Source of the DNA: Sphaerodactylus townsendi | Taxonomy: Eukaryota | Length of the DNA: 64,000 nucleotides | NCBI RefSeq assembly: GCF_021028975.2 | Contig: NC_059430.1 | Location: 37,200,001 to 37,264,000 of the forward strand | Direction of reading: 5' to 3' | In this document: in pieces, positions 24,524 to 37,815 of the stretch | How the letters are laid out: each line of letters opens with the position of its first letter | How positions within the stretch are numbered: the stretch's first letter is position 1 | The notes under the pieces: generated by a model | Seen by the model: the letters and a program-made list of their open reading frames with translations, nothing else | Database searches by the model: none | Told to the model about the DNA's origin: nothing | Position numbers and translations under genes: made by a program

Positions 24524-26321
24524 TAAGCATGTTGAAGTCAATTGGGAAACAATGGACTTAAGATCATCTGCCTCTGTTTTGGATTCTCAGCACTGTATTC
24601 ACAGGTGGAGTATCTTCAGTTTCAGTTTTCCGGAGGCCTAAGCCAGATTTTTTACCTCATGGTTGACACATGAGAAAGGTGAGTAGGAACTGGACCAATG
24701 CATACTTGATTTTATACATTACATATGAGCTGTCTGGGTCTCATGGAAAGAATGTGACATTGGTTGCAGCAATTTCAGTCTATATGCATGTTTTGGTGCT
24801 GAAACTCAGCTCTTTCAAGGCCCACACAGAGTTTTGTGAGCAGAATGCTCATTGAAGAGCAAAAAGAGAAGATAATATAATGCATAATTCACATGAATGT
24901 ACACCTGATAAAAAATGATGGATATGGCTCAGTGGGACAGCATCTGCTTTGCATGAAGAAGGTCCCAGAAGATGCAATCCCCTGCATCTCCAGCTGAAAA
25001 GATCTGGTAGTAGACCTCCATGTGAGTCACTGGAGGTCTGTTGCCCACCTGAACAGACAATGCTGACCTTGATGGATCAATGATCTAATTCACTATAAGG
25101 CAGCATCAATGGATATAACGTATATATAGGAGATCACTGGAAGCTCTCGTGTAAGTCACTCTGAATTTGCCAATGGATAAAAAAAAAGAAAACTATCACC
25201 GAATATAGTGGACTGCTTTATATGTCACAGAAGAGTACTATATAACATCATGAGCTGAAGGGTTACATGTATTTGTTTCATTACACGCACATCTGCAGGA
25301 GAGCAGCAGGCGATCACAATGGTGTGCACATAGATGAAAGTTGGGTGCAGCTACTTTAAATATGACCATGTATGCCCTTTGCACAATTATTTGGAAGTAA
25401 ATCTGATTAAGTTCAATGGCATTAACTTCTCCATAAATGTGCCTAAGATACTGGTGTTAAACTGTAACAAGAGGGAGATTTGAAAAGACTTGTGCAAGAC
25501 AGAAAATAGGATTCCCTCCACTCCTACTCTTCCCAGTATAGCTCAACCTCTACTTCCTTATGGATCTGTCCCTGCTTGTCATTATCTCCCTGAGCTGGTG
25601 ATGATGACCACCACAAAGCTGAGTGCCATTCTGATTGTGATGACAACCCAGTATATGCCACCTGAACTCTGGGGGGGGGGGGGGGGGGGGGGGCAGAACT
25701 GCAACTCTTAACCTTTAAAAACTGCTAGGGAGCTCATGGGTTAACAGTCTTGAATTAAAACAATGCAGGATTGAAGGGTAGGAGATAGAAAACTTGAAGG
25801 AGGGAAGCAAAACCAGTAAAAACCAGAGCAAACAGTTCATAGCAGGTGAAGAAGTCAAGTTTTAAAGCTTCAAGGCCAAGTGTGATGCAAAATGACAAGA
25901 CTCTGGAAAAATGAACAAACAATGCAAACTGCACCCTCACTGTATATTATGGGATAGCACATAACTGATAGGCGTGCATGGAATAAACAGATGATGCTAA
26001 CCAATTAACCATTTTCAGGAGAAAGGGGAGAGGGAGTATGAAACTTTACGCCTATCTTTGTGGTTTTGCTTCTGCTTTCTGATATCTAGAAGCCTATTTG
26101 TGATCACAAATAAAAGTTTTTGTTTGTTTCACTCTTGATGTCACACCTCATTGGCTAAATAGTGGGATCAAGTAAATGGATCTGGCACCTGAATTCAAGA
26201 GGGTAACAGCATGGACAGATTATCACTCTTAACATTTTTTAGGTTTAATCATAAATCAGGCATTTAAAAACAAACCAGATGTTTCTGCAAACCTTTGATT
26301 GGAGAATAAATTTGAAGAACC

Positions 26322-26510
26322 CTAACCTGGATAGCCCAGGCCAGCCTGATCTCGCCCAATTTCTGAAGCTAAGGAAGGTCAGCCTTGGAAAGTATTTAGA
26401 TAGGAGACCTCTAAGGAATACCAGGATTGTGACACAGAGGCAGACAATGGCAAATCACCTCTGAATGATTGCCTTGAAAACCCCACTGGGTTCACCATAA
26501 TGTGACTTAA
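26322..26510 (+). mobile_element. 5S rRNA-derived SINE
   Basis: gcctgatctc..gaagctaagg..ggagacc 5S-like head. Confidence 0.6.
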
Positions 26511-26713
26511 AAGAAAAAAAGGGAAGAACCCCAAATTCTAGTTGTGGCTGGCCTCATCGTGGATTTTTAAAAATCTTCATGTGGGCCAGCTCCTCACTGG
26601 TCCCCATACTTGGCTCATAAGCTGTCTAGTGCAGTATAGCAGAAAGGTCAGTGTTCTAACAGCTGCAGTATGAAGCAACAAAAAACAAAAGACCACTTGA
26701 CTTGAAATTCCAG

Positions 26714-26719
26714 TTTATT
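26714..26719 (-). terminator. Candidate TST polyadenylation signal
   Basis: AATAAA about 180 nt after the TST stop codon. Confidence 0.55.
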
Positions 26720-26896
26720 CAATTACCCGATTAAGGAAAGGAGACAGAGATAAAAACACGCACCAAGTGGATTAGAAAACTAAAAAAATTATAAAGGACT
26801 AGGTTTCACATATTTCCCCTTCCTTTGCTTAGTTAAACATGATTTAAGAAACCCAACTTCAGAGCATGAAGTAGCACTGCAGATGCACCTCTTTTA

Positions 26897-27195
26897 TTAT
26901 ACTTTGTTGCTATTCCACTTGGAAACTCTGTATTCTGGAGAAGCGCGACGAAACCATTCTGACCAGGATCCATCATAGACAGCCACATCCGGTTTGCCAC
27001 ACAGGTATGCTGCCAGGGCAATGTGGCAGGCTGTGACCCCCTTGCGGCAGGTGGCAATCAGTGGTTTTGAGAGGTCTACCTTCTTCGCCTGGAACATGCG
27101 ATGGAGCTCTTCGGTGTCCTTTTCAAATCCTTCCTCGGTTAAGAAATCGAAAAAAGGCATGTTCGAGCAGCCTGGAATATGGCCTGGTTCAAGCC
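26897..27195 (-). CDS. TST: Thiosulfate sulfurtransferase (rhodanese), last coding exon
   Basis: Active-site loop CRKGVT (TST type), YDGSWSEW; acceptor ctcttctag; phase 1. Confidence 0.96.
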
Positions 27196-28073
27196 CTAGA
27201 AGAGAGGAGAGAAGGTGGCTTCTAGTGAGAACCCCATACAACCAAGCTTGTAAAATAGTGAGTACACTTCTAGGCTGAAGACTTATTAAATGAGGTCTGG
27301 AAATATGTAAACATCTGTGAGGCTACCTCATACTGAACCAGACCATTGGTCCATCAAAGCCAGTATCATCTACTTAGACCTGAGTCCAGGGTCTCAGGCA
27401 GAGGTCTCTTGTATCACTTGGCCCTTTGAAACAGAGATGCCAGAGACTGAACTTGGGACCTTCTAAATGCCACGCCAAGCAGAGGCCTCTTCTAGTGAGC
27501 CACAACCCCCTTACTTCAGTGTGGCAGCCAACAATTCTAAACCTGGAAGACTAACGGATTCATAAACTTTTGTGGACTAATGTTGCCAGAGCAACCTATG
27601 GTGAGCTAAGGGGAGGACAGTGGTGTCTCTACCCTTCTCAGTCAATCCTGGGGGTGCCTAGTAATGCAGTGCCAAAATGGGGAGCCTATTCCTTGCATTG
27701 ATGCTCAGTGTACCCACAAGGAGAAACAACTATGTCTGGACTTATCTCCCTCCAAATCAGCCTTGCATAATGTCTCTCTCACACCCTTTCTAACAGGATT
27801 AAGTGCACACAAAGCTCTTGCCCTGGAAAGCATTCCCATCTCTAGCTCTAGACCATACACCCCTGTGAAAATAAATGTATTGATGTACTTGCCTGCCCAG
27901 TGTTATGCTAACCCAATGCTTCTTCCCCCAATACCTTTAACAACCCCCTCATTTGCATTGTTCTTTAGCTGTAATTTCATCAACTAAATTTCCCTTGGAG
28001 GCACTTCCTAGCTTGGAACATCAAGCTGATATTTCAACCCATTAGATCACCAACCCAACCATTAAGGTTGATG

Positions 28074-28521
28074 TCTGTTTCTTGTCTTTCCCCAGAAAGG
28101 CAGGACTTCTCTTTGTCCTGGGAGAGTAAGGGTCCCATAAGAAGTCCACTTGTCCAGTAAACAGTGTTCAATATCTCTGCACAGTCTCTGTCTGTGATAT
28201 TGCTCCAAAACGTGTTGTTCTTCCAGAACTAAATGAAGGTTGCTCAGTTCTGCTCATCGGACCATTCTGCTCCAAGATCAGGTGACTATAACTCTTACTT
28301 CCCCAATTCACTGATTATTCCAGATCTATTTCCGCACAACTGCTTATATCTTAGGTGTATGTTCTGCTGCTTTGATTATTGTGTGTTTATGTATCCCCAT
28401 TATCCCTTAAATAAAATTGTTAAACTTTATTCATTCTCTTATGAGTTTCTTGCAAAAGCTTTCTTCTGTTTCTTGTCTTTCCCCGGAAAGGCAGGACTTC
28501 TCTTTGTCCTGGGAGAGTAAG
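28074..28521. repeat. 57-bp direct repeat pair (28074-28130, 28465-28521)
   Basis: Identical except for one base. Confidence 0.85.
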
Positions 28522-29022
28522 ATCAAGAGTCTGTTCTCACTAATTCCCCTCTCTAAAAGGGAGAGACTCCCACCAGGTAACACTAGGGCATCACCTGATA
28601 AAGTGGCCTCTAGCCTCTCCAATTTATGCCACAATAGGTCTACTATTCTTTGAAGCCAACTCTTCCTTAATTTTTTAAGATGCTAATTAATTTCTGTCTA
28701 AAAAACTACATACTCAGAGAATTTCATGAAAATATTGACAGAAACTCTACACTAGCTCTTGGGGGCATGATCATCATAGCTGCCTTGACCACTCACCACC
28801 CTCCCTTTTTCATGCTTGTGCAACAGTACTACAACAGTTCTATTAATTCCTGGAATAAAGAAGTGACAATAGATTGTTACAGCACTGCGGTAATTACCAG
28901 TGCCCTCTAGAGGTACAGTAGCATAGGATCAAGAAAATGTCCACCATTCCTTTGAGATTGCAGCCTACTTTGCTAGGATTGTGTTTTCTTCCAAAAAGAT
29001 GCAGGTAAAGAAGACACTTGAA

Positions 29023-29313
29023 GAGTTTTGATTTATACCCCCCCCCCCCTACCTTTCTGTCCTGTAAGGAGACTTCGTGGCTCACAAACTCCTTGCTCTT
29101 CCTCTCCCCAAAGCAGACAACTTATGAAGTAGGTAGGGATGAGAGTTCTGAGAGAACTGTAACTGGCTCCAAGGTCACCCAGTAGACTTCAAGTGTAGAA
29201 GGAAACAAATCTAGTTCACCAGATAACAGTCTGTCATGTGAAGGTATGGGGAATCAAACCAGTTCTCCAGATTAGAGTCCACCTGGTCTAAACTGCTATA
29301 CCATGCTGGTGCT
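29023..29313 (-). mobile_element. tRNA-derived SINE (Squam3-like)
   Basis: Homologous to the other copies. Confidence 0.65.
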
Positions 29314-30969
29314 CTCCAAAGCTGGTTTGGAAAGAGAACCTGAAGGCATGGCTCTTATAAAACTGAAATATTTAAGGTATATCAGTAGGATGCTAGAACT
29401 AACATGTGTGAAGGAATGGCAAGCAGAGAATGTTATAGGACTCAAGGGCTTCTTAGAGATGCTTTATAGAAAGGGAAATTATAGAGGTGAACAACTGCCA
29501 ATAATCTGAATACAAACCATGCACAGATTTATGCTAGTGCACTAAAAATATTATGTCTATATTTATTACTTATTGTGAGTCCATGTGTAGGTGTGTATGC
29601 CATTCTCTAATAAAGAACTCAAAACTTCCAGTGTTTGGGCTGCAGAAATGTTATGGCTTATTCATCAGTATGTCAATTACCAGTAATGTTAACTTGCATA
29701 GTTTCAGTTCTGCATTTTTTTTTCCTTTTTATACGTTGACTGTTGATCTCTTGCTTTGAATGTTGATGTGGTAATTATAATTTTTGATGTAGTATTTATA
29801 ACAGGTGCCTGATTCCTGCCCTATGACATCTCACAACTTTCAGACTAATGTATCAAAGCCTTCTCCTTGCTGTGGCTGAATTCAGGTTTTCTTTGTTCAC
29901 CGAAATATTCAACATTCTCTGGCCAGGGCTTCTCACTGTGACTTCAGTCATGTCTCCCATGAGTTATGCAAAGGCACTGGCTGTATCCTTTTTTATTGGG
30001 CAGCATCATAATAAAAAGCTACAAAGAACAATGATGTCTTTGGCTTCCACACACTGGAATGCTGACGCTGCAGCAATCCCTGTTGAAAACTGGACCACAA
30101 TCAAGGCACAGTTGCTCTCTCAGTATTCCAGATGGACATTTTTCATTTCATTTGATTGCTGATCTGTCTCCTCTGTGCTCCTCAGGACCTTCCCTGCTTC
30201 CTCTGGACACTATTTCAGCTGCACAGGGCTCAGATTACTGAACTGACAACATTTATTTCATCTTTTTGACTAACTTGGATTTCCCCAACCCCTCCCCCCC
30301 CCTGCCCAAGTTAAACAAGACACATTATATTATAGTGCTCAAAAGGGGCAACCAGGAAATTTACTTTAAGTTAAACAGGTAATCCACCCTTGATTGTTCC
30401 ATATGCAAATTAACAATGCATAATCCTTTGCAGAATTGCATCGTTCCAAATCTCTTGAAGTCAATAGATTTAGTCCAATAGCACCTTAGAGACCAACATG
30501 ATTTTCAGGGTATACGTTTTTGAGAGTTAAATCTCCCTTCACCAGACATGAGTAGGAATGGAGACCTCTGAGTCTTTATAGCCCAGTCAGAAGGTGGGAG
30601 GGCTGTTTAGAAGGGCTTAGAATGGCATTATAAGAGCTGCTAAAGGCCAGATTATATCAATAAATGTTACACTCATTTTGGGGGCTTTTTAAATTATTTA
30701 TTTATTTATTTATTATTTCACATTTATAGCCCACCCTCCCCTGAAGGGCTCAAGGTGGCTCACAACCAACAAATAACTAAAATCACAACACTGAATAAAC
30801 AATTTTCAGCCGAGATGTTTCCACCCTTCTTGACCAGGCATGGCTTCCTAATTCTTAGGGAGCACTTTAAAAATTAAATTAAAATTGAAATTAAAAAAAT
30901 CTCTGATTTTTTTTGTAGTCAATGAGATGCTATTGACACCACCAAAGAGAACCTGCCAGTTGTTGCTAC

Positions 30970-31630
30970 CGACTTTGTTTCTGGCTGTGGGAAGCATAGA
31001 GCAAGGCTTGAGAAGAAGATCTTAAGGGATGGGGTGAATAGTTTGGGAGCAGATGGTCCTTGTTCAAGGGTCTTAAAGCAGACCTTTGAATTGTGCCTGG
31101 AAACAGACAGGTAACTAGTGCAAATCTTTTAGCACTGAAGTGATATGACCTGTGTGACCAACCCATGACAGTAGCCTGGTTGCCGCCTTTTAAACCAACT
31201 GAAGTTTCTGAACCATTTCTGAAGGCAGCTCCTCATAAAGCACTTTACAATAATCTATGGGATCAGAGCGTGGATCACTGTGGCCAGATCACGTTTTTTG
31301 AAGAACCATCACAGCTGCCGAACCGGCTGAAGCTGATAAAAGGCACTATATGGCAGAGGAAATCTAATGTATTGTCGAAGCTAGCTTCCAACTGTAAAAC
31401 AGGATGCAGTAGGATCCCCAACCCATGAGCCTGCTCCCTCAGGAGGAAAGAAACTCCCTCTCAGTCCAGTTAATTCCACAGTTCCCATACAGCTTCTCCA
31501 CTGACCAACAGTAATTCCATCTTGTCTGAATGAAGCTTCTGTTTATTGGCCCTCATCCATCTCATTGCTGCCTCCAGGCACCTGTTCAGGACTTCCACAC
31601 ACTCAACTGACTCAACTGTTAAAGAGCTGC
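30970..31630 (-). mobile_element. Degenerate L2-like LINE fragment
   Basis: LNRCLEAAMRWMRANKQKLHSDKMELL resembles the L2 RT C-terminal segment. Confidence 0.6.
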
Positions 31631-31800
31631 TAGAACTGAGTGCCATCCCCATGCAACCATCCACATCCTTTGCAGCATTGCTGGGAACTCTGAGAATCTT
31701 CTGAAATTCCAGTTTTAGTACGTGCTACCAAACCTTCTCATTTTGCACAAGGAGGGTTCTTCAGTGTGAATGAGAACGTTCCTAGTCAATCAGAGTAGGA

Positions 31801-31948
31801 CAGGGGTAGGGAACCTGCGGCTCTCCAGATGTTCAGGAACTACAATTCCCATCAGCCTCTGTCAGCATGGCCAATTGGCCATGCTGGTAGGGGCTGATGG
31901 GAATTGTAGTTCCTGAACATCTGGAGAGCCGCAGGTTCCCTACCCCTG
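31801..31948. mobile_element. Young hAT MITE
   Basis: Near-perfect palindrome; perfect 8-bp TSD gagtagga. Confidence 0.9.
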
Positions 31949-33774
31949 GAGTAGGAGAACAGTGGTATCAACATAATTGGAGGATTCTGTGTGCCCCCCA
32001 CCCCAAGCAGCAGAATACACCTAAGTCAATTGTGATAGTGGAAAGGTGTGATTCTGATTAGGAAAGCACTCTCAGGCCCCTTCCACACGGACCAATAAAC
32101 ATGGCTGTATGATGCTAAAAAACCTGTGGGGGTGGGGGCAAGGGTGGGGGCAGGGCTTCACACATATCTGGTTCCCTAAACGAGTCTGACTTGTGTTATT
32201 TTCCCAAAACCATTTTTTTAAAATCGCTAAACTAGCAAGTCTTTTCAAAAATCCCAGGTTGCAGTTGCTCACGAACAAACGGCCGGGCAGGAGGCGTTTT
32301 ATTCACTTCCCTTTTCCTTTTAATTTTTTTTTGCAGTTTACACCTATGTAACTATGCAGGTGTAGATGGTTATATTGTGAGACATCAGCATGGCTGTGGG
32401 GATTCATTTGTGCATGCCTGCATAGGTGGGAAGTAATTAAAAAAAATAGACGCATCTCCGTGCAAAGGCATGACAGCAACCCAGATGGTTTCCATGGGCT
32501 CCAATTGCTGCCTACACAGATGAATGTGAACGCAAAAATAGGAAAACGGGTTCCTTTATCCCAACCACAACCCATTATACATTTGTGGTGCAGGAGAGGG
32601 TCTTAGTTCTTATCTCAGTTCTGCCAAGTCAGACTGCAGTTCCTTCCTAAGACATGAATAATTTTTCTTTTCCCCTCTATCCTTGTGCACAGGTTGGCCC
32701 TGCAATTACCAAGGGAGGGGGAAGAATCAAGAATATGAGAATGGCGTTTTGGAGTAACTATCCAGGTTTTGAGTAACAGAGGTTAAAGAACCAGTCCATC
32801 TAGTTTTCTATCTTGTGCCAAAGGGAAAAAAAGATAGTTGCACTGTTTGAAAGAGAAGCATAATAATTGGGAAATCAGAAAACTGTTTAAACAATGCTTA
32901 CATTTCTAGGACAGGGTTAATTGCATGTATGAAAGATCACAACACTCACATCTGCTAGCAGCAATTCTGTTAGATGAAAGTACCAGATATGGGGGCCTGG
33001 GGGGAAATTGTGGAACCTTTGCCCCTCTGACAGTAAATGTATACAATTTTATGCTACATAAGCAGGAGGAGAGCAGTGTGTAAAGGACTATAACTGTTTC
33101 CTGAACAGCACTTTTTAAAGCCACCTACACCCTTCTTACAACCTTGAAAATTACCCTAGGATTAAACATTTCTAGACTTCCAAGATAATCTGGCTCTGTC
33201 CCTACATCCCAGATCATCCAAAAGTGATAAAGTGCAATTCTATGATGAAACCTACTCAGGTCTATTCAGTGGAATTTACCCCCAAGAAAGGGTCCTCAAG
33301 TCTGCCCTGTAACAATGCAGTCCTAAACAGAGTCAGTCCACAGGGCCCCTTTAGACTTTAACTCTGCTTAGGATGGCACTATAAAGAAATTGGCAGAAGG
33401 TGATAAAGAGGCTGCCTCAGAAGATCAAAAGAGACTTGATCTGGGAGATTTGTAAATAAATCTTCCAACTTTTGATTTCTACTTAAAAGTTGCTGATTAG
33501 CTCAGAGCAGGTTTCTGTGTTTTTTTTTTAAAGGAGCAAACAGCAATCTCAGAGGCTGTGTGATTTAGACTGGAGGGGAAAGACACAGCAGAAAGGTTTG
33601 ACTGCCCTTCCTCCAGTGCTTCTGCTTTGAGTTTGGAGCCCGCAGCACCTGCTTAAAATCTTGTTTAAAATTTCCAAGATCCAAAGTTGGATCTCCCACA
33701 CAATGTCTGTTTTTGAGAGTTAATACCAGTAAACTTCCCTTGTGGCTGACCACAGCTCCAGGCACTAATCCTAC

Positions 33775-34369
33775 CTTGGTTCCCTGGCTCAGGTTCTGTT
33801 CCTTGGAATCTTCCTTCAGATCTGGAGTCCACCATCTGGAACCGCTTGGATGTCATATTCGATACCATCTCTTCATAGGTCTTCAGGAGCGATTTGTCCA
33901 GGGTGGCTTTAAACACGCCTGGCTCTGGCTGGGTGATCTCTGATGTCACAGGGTGACCTTCCTTCACCCAGTTCTTGAGCCCCCCATTCAATACAGAGAC
34001 AGTTCGATGCCCGAAAACCCGGAACATCCACCAGGCTCGTGGTGCATAGTAGCTGCCCAAGTGATCTCCATCATACACCACCACATGCGTGTGGTTGCTG
34101 ATGCCCAGGTGTCCAACGTAGTCAGCAAAGTTTTTTTCACTGGGTAGCATGAGCTCATAAGGAGAGGACTTGTCTTTGCACTCCTCAATATCAAAAAAGG
34201 AGGCACCAGGGATGTGCTGCTCTCTGAACTCCTTCTGAGCATCCCTCTGCCCTGGTTCATACCATGATGCATCCAGCACACGCACATCAGGTCCGATTTT
34301 ATTGGCCCGGACACATTCTGCAAGCCATTTGCTGGAGACCAGAGCTCTGTAAAGGATTTGCTGAACCAT
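33775..34369 (-). CDS. TST: Thiosulfate sulfurtransferase, first coding exon
   Basis: [21 protein letters not shown]; 595 nt plus 299 nt gives 297 aa; donor G|gtagga. Confidence 0.96.
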
Positions 34370-35257
34370 GTTACCCTAGAGTCTTCTGACACGAGGCTGC
34401 TGCAGCAGGATGAACTGTAGAGATGCCTGCCAAGTCCTGGTGTCTGGTTCTCCACCAATCCACTAACAAGGGGTGGGGACTACATTCGCTTGCCTTCAGG
34501 CCTGCACTTTGGACTGACACAAATCCTTCCACAACTGCTCCTCCCAGGAAATGCTACCCTCCCCTGCTGCTTGATAGATTTTGAGAACCCGACCCAGAAG
34601 CGTCCAGAGGGAACAAAACCCTCTCTGGGTTCCTTTGGAAACTTTTGTATCTTTTTCTCTCGCCTCCCTACCTCTCCAAGGCAGCTGTTGGAAGACGTGC
34701 CACTGCAAGAATAAATGTTTCAGGCTGCGCAGTAAGTGACGGTGCAACAGCAATGTGATTGGCTCATATGGCAGTGAGGTGAATGGTGAACCTGAAAGTG
34801 GAAACCGCAAAATGAGTTCCAGGAAGGTTGAGAATGTGGGGTCAAAAAGGGTTAAGAATCCCAAGCAAACATAGGAAGAAAAGTTGTAAGAGGAACCAAG
34901 ATATCACCCTAGTAACTTAGTGTTCTGATATGCTAGAAGGTCAAGGCACCTATGGAGTACAGATCTGCAAGAATGCCAAGGAACCCCCAGAGTATATTTA
35001 CATCGTTCTGTTACTGTACAGCACGATTAAAAAATATTCTAGTGCTGTACAGATCATGCTTAGGAAGCAGCGGGAGGCATGTTACCCACTCCAATCAGCA
35101 GCAGCAGAACAGTTGCTATCTGTGCTCCAAATTAAATGTCCATGAATCAACAGTAACCCTACAGGGTAACGTTGGTCTCGTAAACTATTGGGATGCTTTC
35201 TTAAACAAGTAAAGTGAAATACTAGCTGCTCATATAACTTCTTCTGTATGATATCCC

Positions 35258-35259
<2 letters not shown>

Positions 35260-35294
<35 letters not shown>
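35260..35294. repeat. (TG)n microsatellite
   Basis: Direct observation. Confidence 0.95.
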
Positions 35295-35295
<1 letters not shown>

Positions 35296-36169
35296 TTTTT
35301 ACTATTACAAATGGAGGCAGTTTTATGGTATTGTTTATTGTATATATAACACTGGCTTTATTGCAGTTTTTACTAGATGTTGTCTACTTTAGTCTGTCTT
35401 TCTCATTGAAACCATAAATGATATAAATAAAACGCACCACTTTAATGTCTCCCTTACCACTGGCCTCCCCACACAAAAGTGCATCAAACAGGTAAAACCC
35501 CAATGACTGCCCACTTTGCCAATGATGGGCCACAAAAACTATAAACTGTCTCTCCCTCTGCATTGTTCTCTACAGGCCTCCAGCATAAGCAAGTATCTAT
35601 ATTTTTCAAAACAATTTACAATCAAAAAGGAAACGGAAGTAACATCACAGCACCACGTCGAAAACAGGGAATGCTGCACAGCGCTAGAGTCTACTGGATC
35701 TCTGAAGTTTTGGAATAAGGGCACAAAGCCCTACTGGGCTTATTCTTGCTCTCTGGAATTGTGGCCTGCAGAGTCTCTTTCAGTAGGGGGCACTTGCCAC
35801 TCTACGGTAAAGTAATATTAAAGGTCACAGAGTTTTGCACCTCTGGCTTTAACTAGTAGAAGATAACTAGTGCAATAATCTTTGACCTTCCCTGCCCTCT
35901 CAGAAAAGGTTTTGTCCCATAGCCTCCCCTTCTTATTATTCTTACCGTGGAAAGCATGGGAGCGCCATTAGAGGGGCTGTTTCCCCTTCTCCTTGGCACA
36001 GCTGGGGAGCTCTTCGCGGTTTGTGCACACACACACGGTTGCAAAAAAAAGGGGGGGAGGGTAGAATGGGGAGAAAGGAGGGCTCGAGCTTTATTTTGTT
36101 TGAGTTGCAACTAGATCCTCAGACCGTGAATGGCTGCAAGGACATTCCCCTGCCATTGCAGAAAAGCTG

Positions 36170-36960
36170 CATTTTGATCAAGCGCCTAAGCGCGCACGCG
36201 CGCAATCGGAGCAAACGGTGCCTTTCCTCTTAGGCATAATGTAGCTCCGCCCGGCTCTTTTAGGCTCAGCACGAAGGAAAAGGGGCCAGGCCGTCAGCTT
36301 CCCCCGACAGGGACTCTCGGAGGTGGGGGCTCAGGTTGAATCTCCTCCCCGTTCCCTCGACAGTCCAAACACAAACGAGAAATGTGAAAGAGGTTTTGGA
36401 ATCAGGTTTGGCCTCCCCTCCTGTCTTGCCACAAGTTGGTTTTGCCCCGCCAGGCTCTTCTGCCACTGGTTGACGAAGCTCTATTATGGGGCGCTCCGCC
36501 CCGGACTCCATGCAAGGGGGTGGGTGAGTGGCATGGAAGGAGGGGAAGCCCCTGGCTTGGGAGCCGCGCTGTGATTCCGCCGTGGGCACAGAAGTCGGGG
36601 ACTCTCGGAGGGCGCACAGGTATCCCGCCGGAGGATCCTCAGGACGAGGCTGTGGAGGGTGTCGTGGGAGGGTTTTGCAGGGGCTTCGCCGCCCACGTGC
36701 TCAGGGCCCCCCATGGCTGAGATCCGCAGGCAAGAAGAGGGACCCCAACTCGTACCGATGTGTGCCAGTTGCGCAGGGCACCCGTCGTCCTTGCGCTGGC
36801 ACCCGCGAGCCCTGGAAGCTGAAGGCCCCGGAGCAGGTGTCTGTCCCTGCCCGCAGCACGATTCCTTTTGCGAAGGGCTGGGCTTCTGGACGGGCTTGGA
36901 GTTGCCTTCCTGGAAGGGGAGATATTTCGCGTGTGAAAATAGGTCGATCCCGGAACAAAA
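36170..36960. promoter_or_regulatory. CpG island, probable bidirectional TST/MPST promoter
   Basis: High CpG density between divergent genes; NRF1-like gcgcacgcgc at about 36190; GC boxes ctccgccc at about 36245 and 36494. Confidence 0.75.
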
Positions 36961-37667
36961 CCCTCCTTGTAAAAGAAATACGATAGCCCGTGTTAGGAAA
37001 GGTGTAATCTGTCTGAAGAGGCCTGGTTGCCCCACGCAAGAGTGCGATGCCTAAATTTAAAGGGATGCTGGTGGTGCCAAAGAACATTCCCTGTACCGTT
37101 TGAGATGTGCCTGGCATCTTCTTTAAACTGAGCCCCTGTGTATGCCATATTAGTGTACCTGGGCAACACTTACCTGGGCTACAGAGCTTGTCATTCTGAC
37201 ATTGCACGCCTAGCGTCCAAGACCAAGTTTAAATGCAAAGTTGCAAGGGTGCGGTCTTCCATCCTGACTGTGTCACGTTATGGTTAGGCCTCAGCTGGGC
37301 GTATACCGCTGCATACTGTAGGTGGAAGATCACATTTTAAAATGCTCCTTTTATATTGCCAAATAAACTCCCTGCAAATAGAAAGTCAACACTTCAGGGG
37401 GGAGCAAACCTTTCTTCCAGGTGTAATGGTTTTATTTTGGACCCCACTTACAATCTGAAGTAGTACAGTCCATTCTTTTGTCACCTCATTCTCAACAGGT
37501 TGTCCTGCATGTGTGATTCAAACAACAAAACTGAATATTTCAGAGGATGTTTCTGATGGTGTAGTCATCAGAGCTATATTTTATTTCTCTGAGTTTTCGG
37601 AAAAGAGCTTCCTGCTCAGAGGGGTATTGTCCAAGAAGACCTGGGCCTAAAACTGAAAGACTTAACT

Positions 37668-37815
37668 CAGGGGTGGCCAACCTATGGTTCTTCAGATGTT
37701 CATGGACTGCAATTCCCATCAGCCCCTGCCAGCACGGCCAATTGGCTATGCTGGAAGGGGCTGATGGTAATTGTAGTCCATGAACATCTGGAGCACCATA
37801 GGTTGGTCACCCCTG
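37668..37815. mobile_element. hAT MITE
   Basis: TIR cagggg..cccctg; perfect 8-bp TSD acttaact. Confidence 0.85.

Noticed and set aside
33988-34458. 156-aa alternative-frame ORF overlapping TST
   Set aside because: Shadow of coding sequence with no recognisable motif.
36266-37207. Many long ORFs on both strands
   Set aside because: Stop-poor CpG island; no homology recognised.
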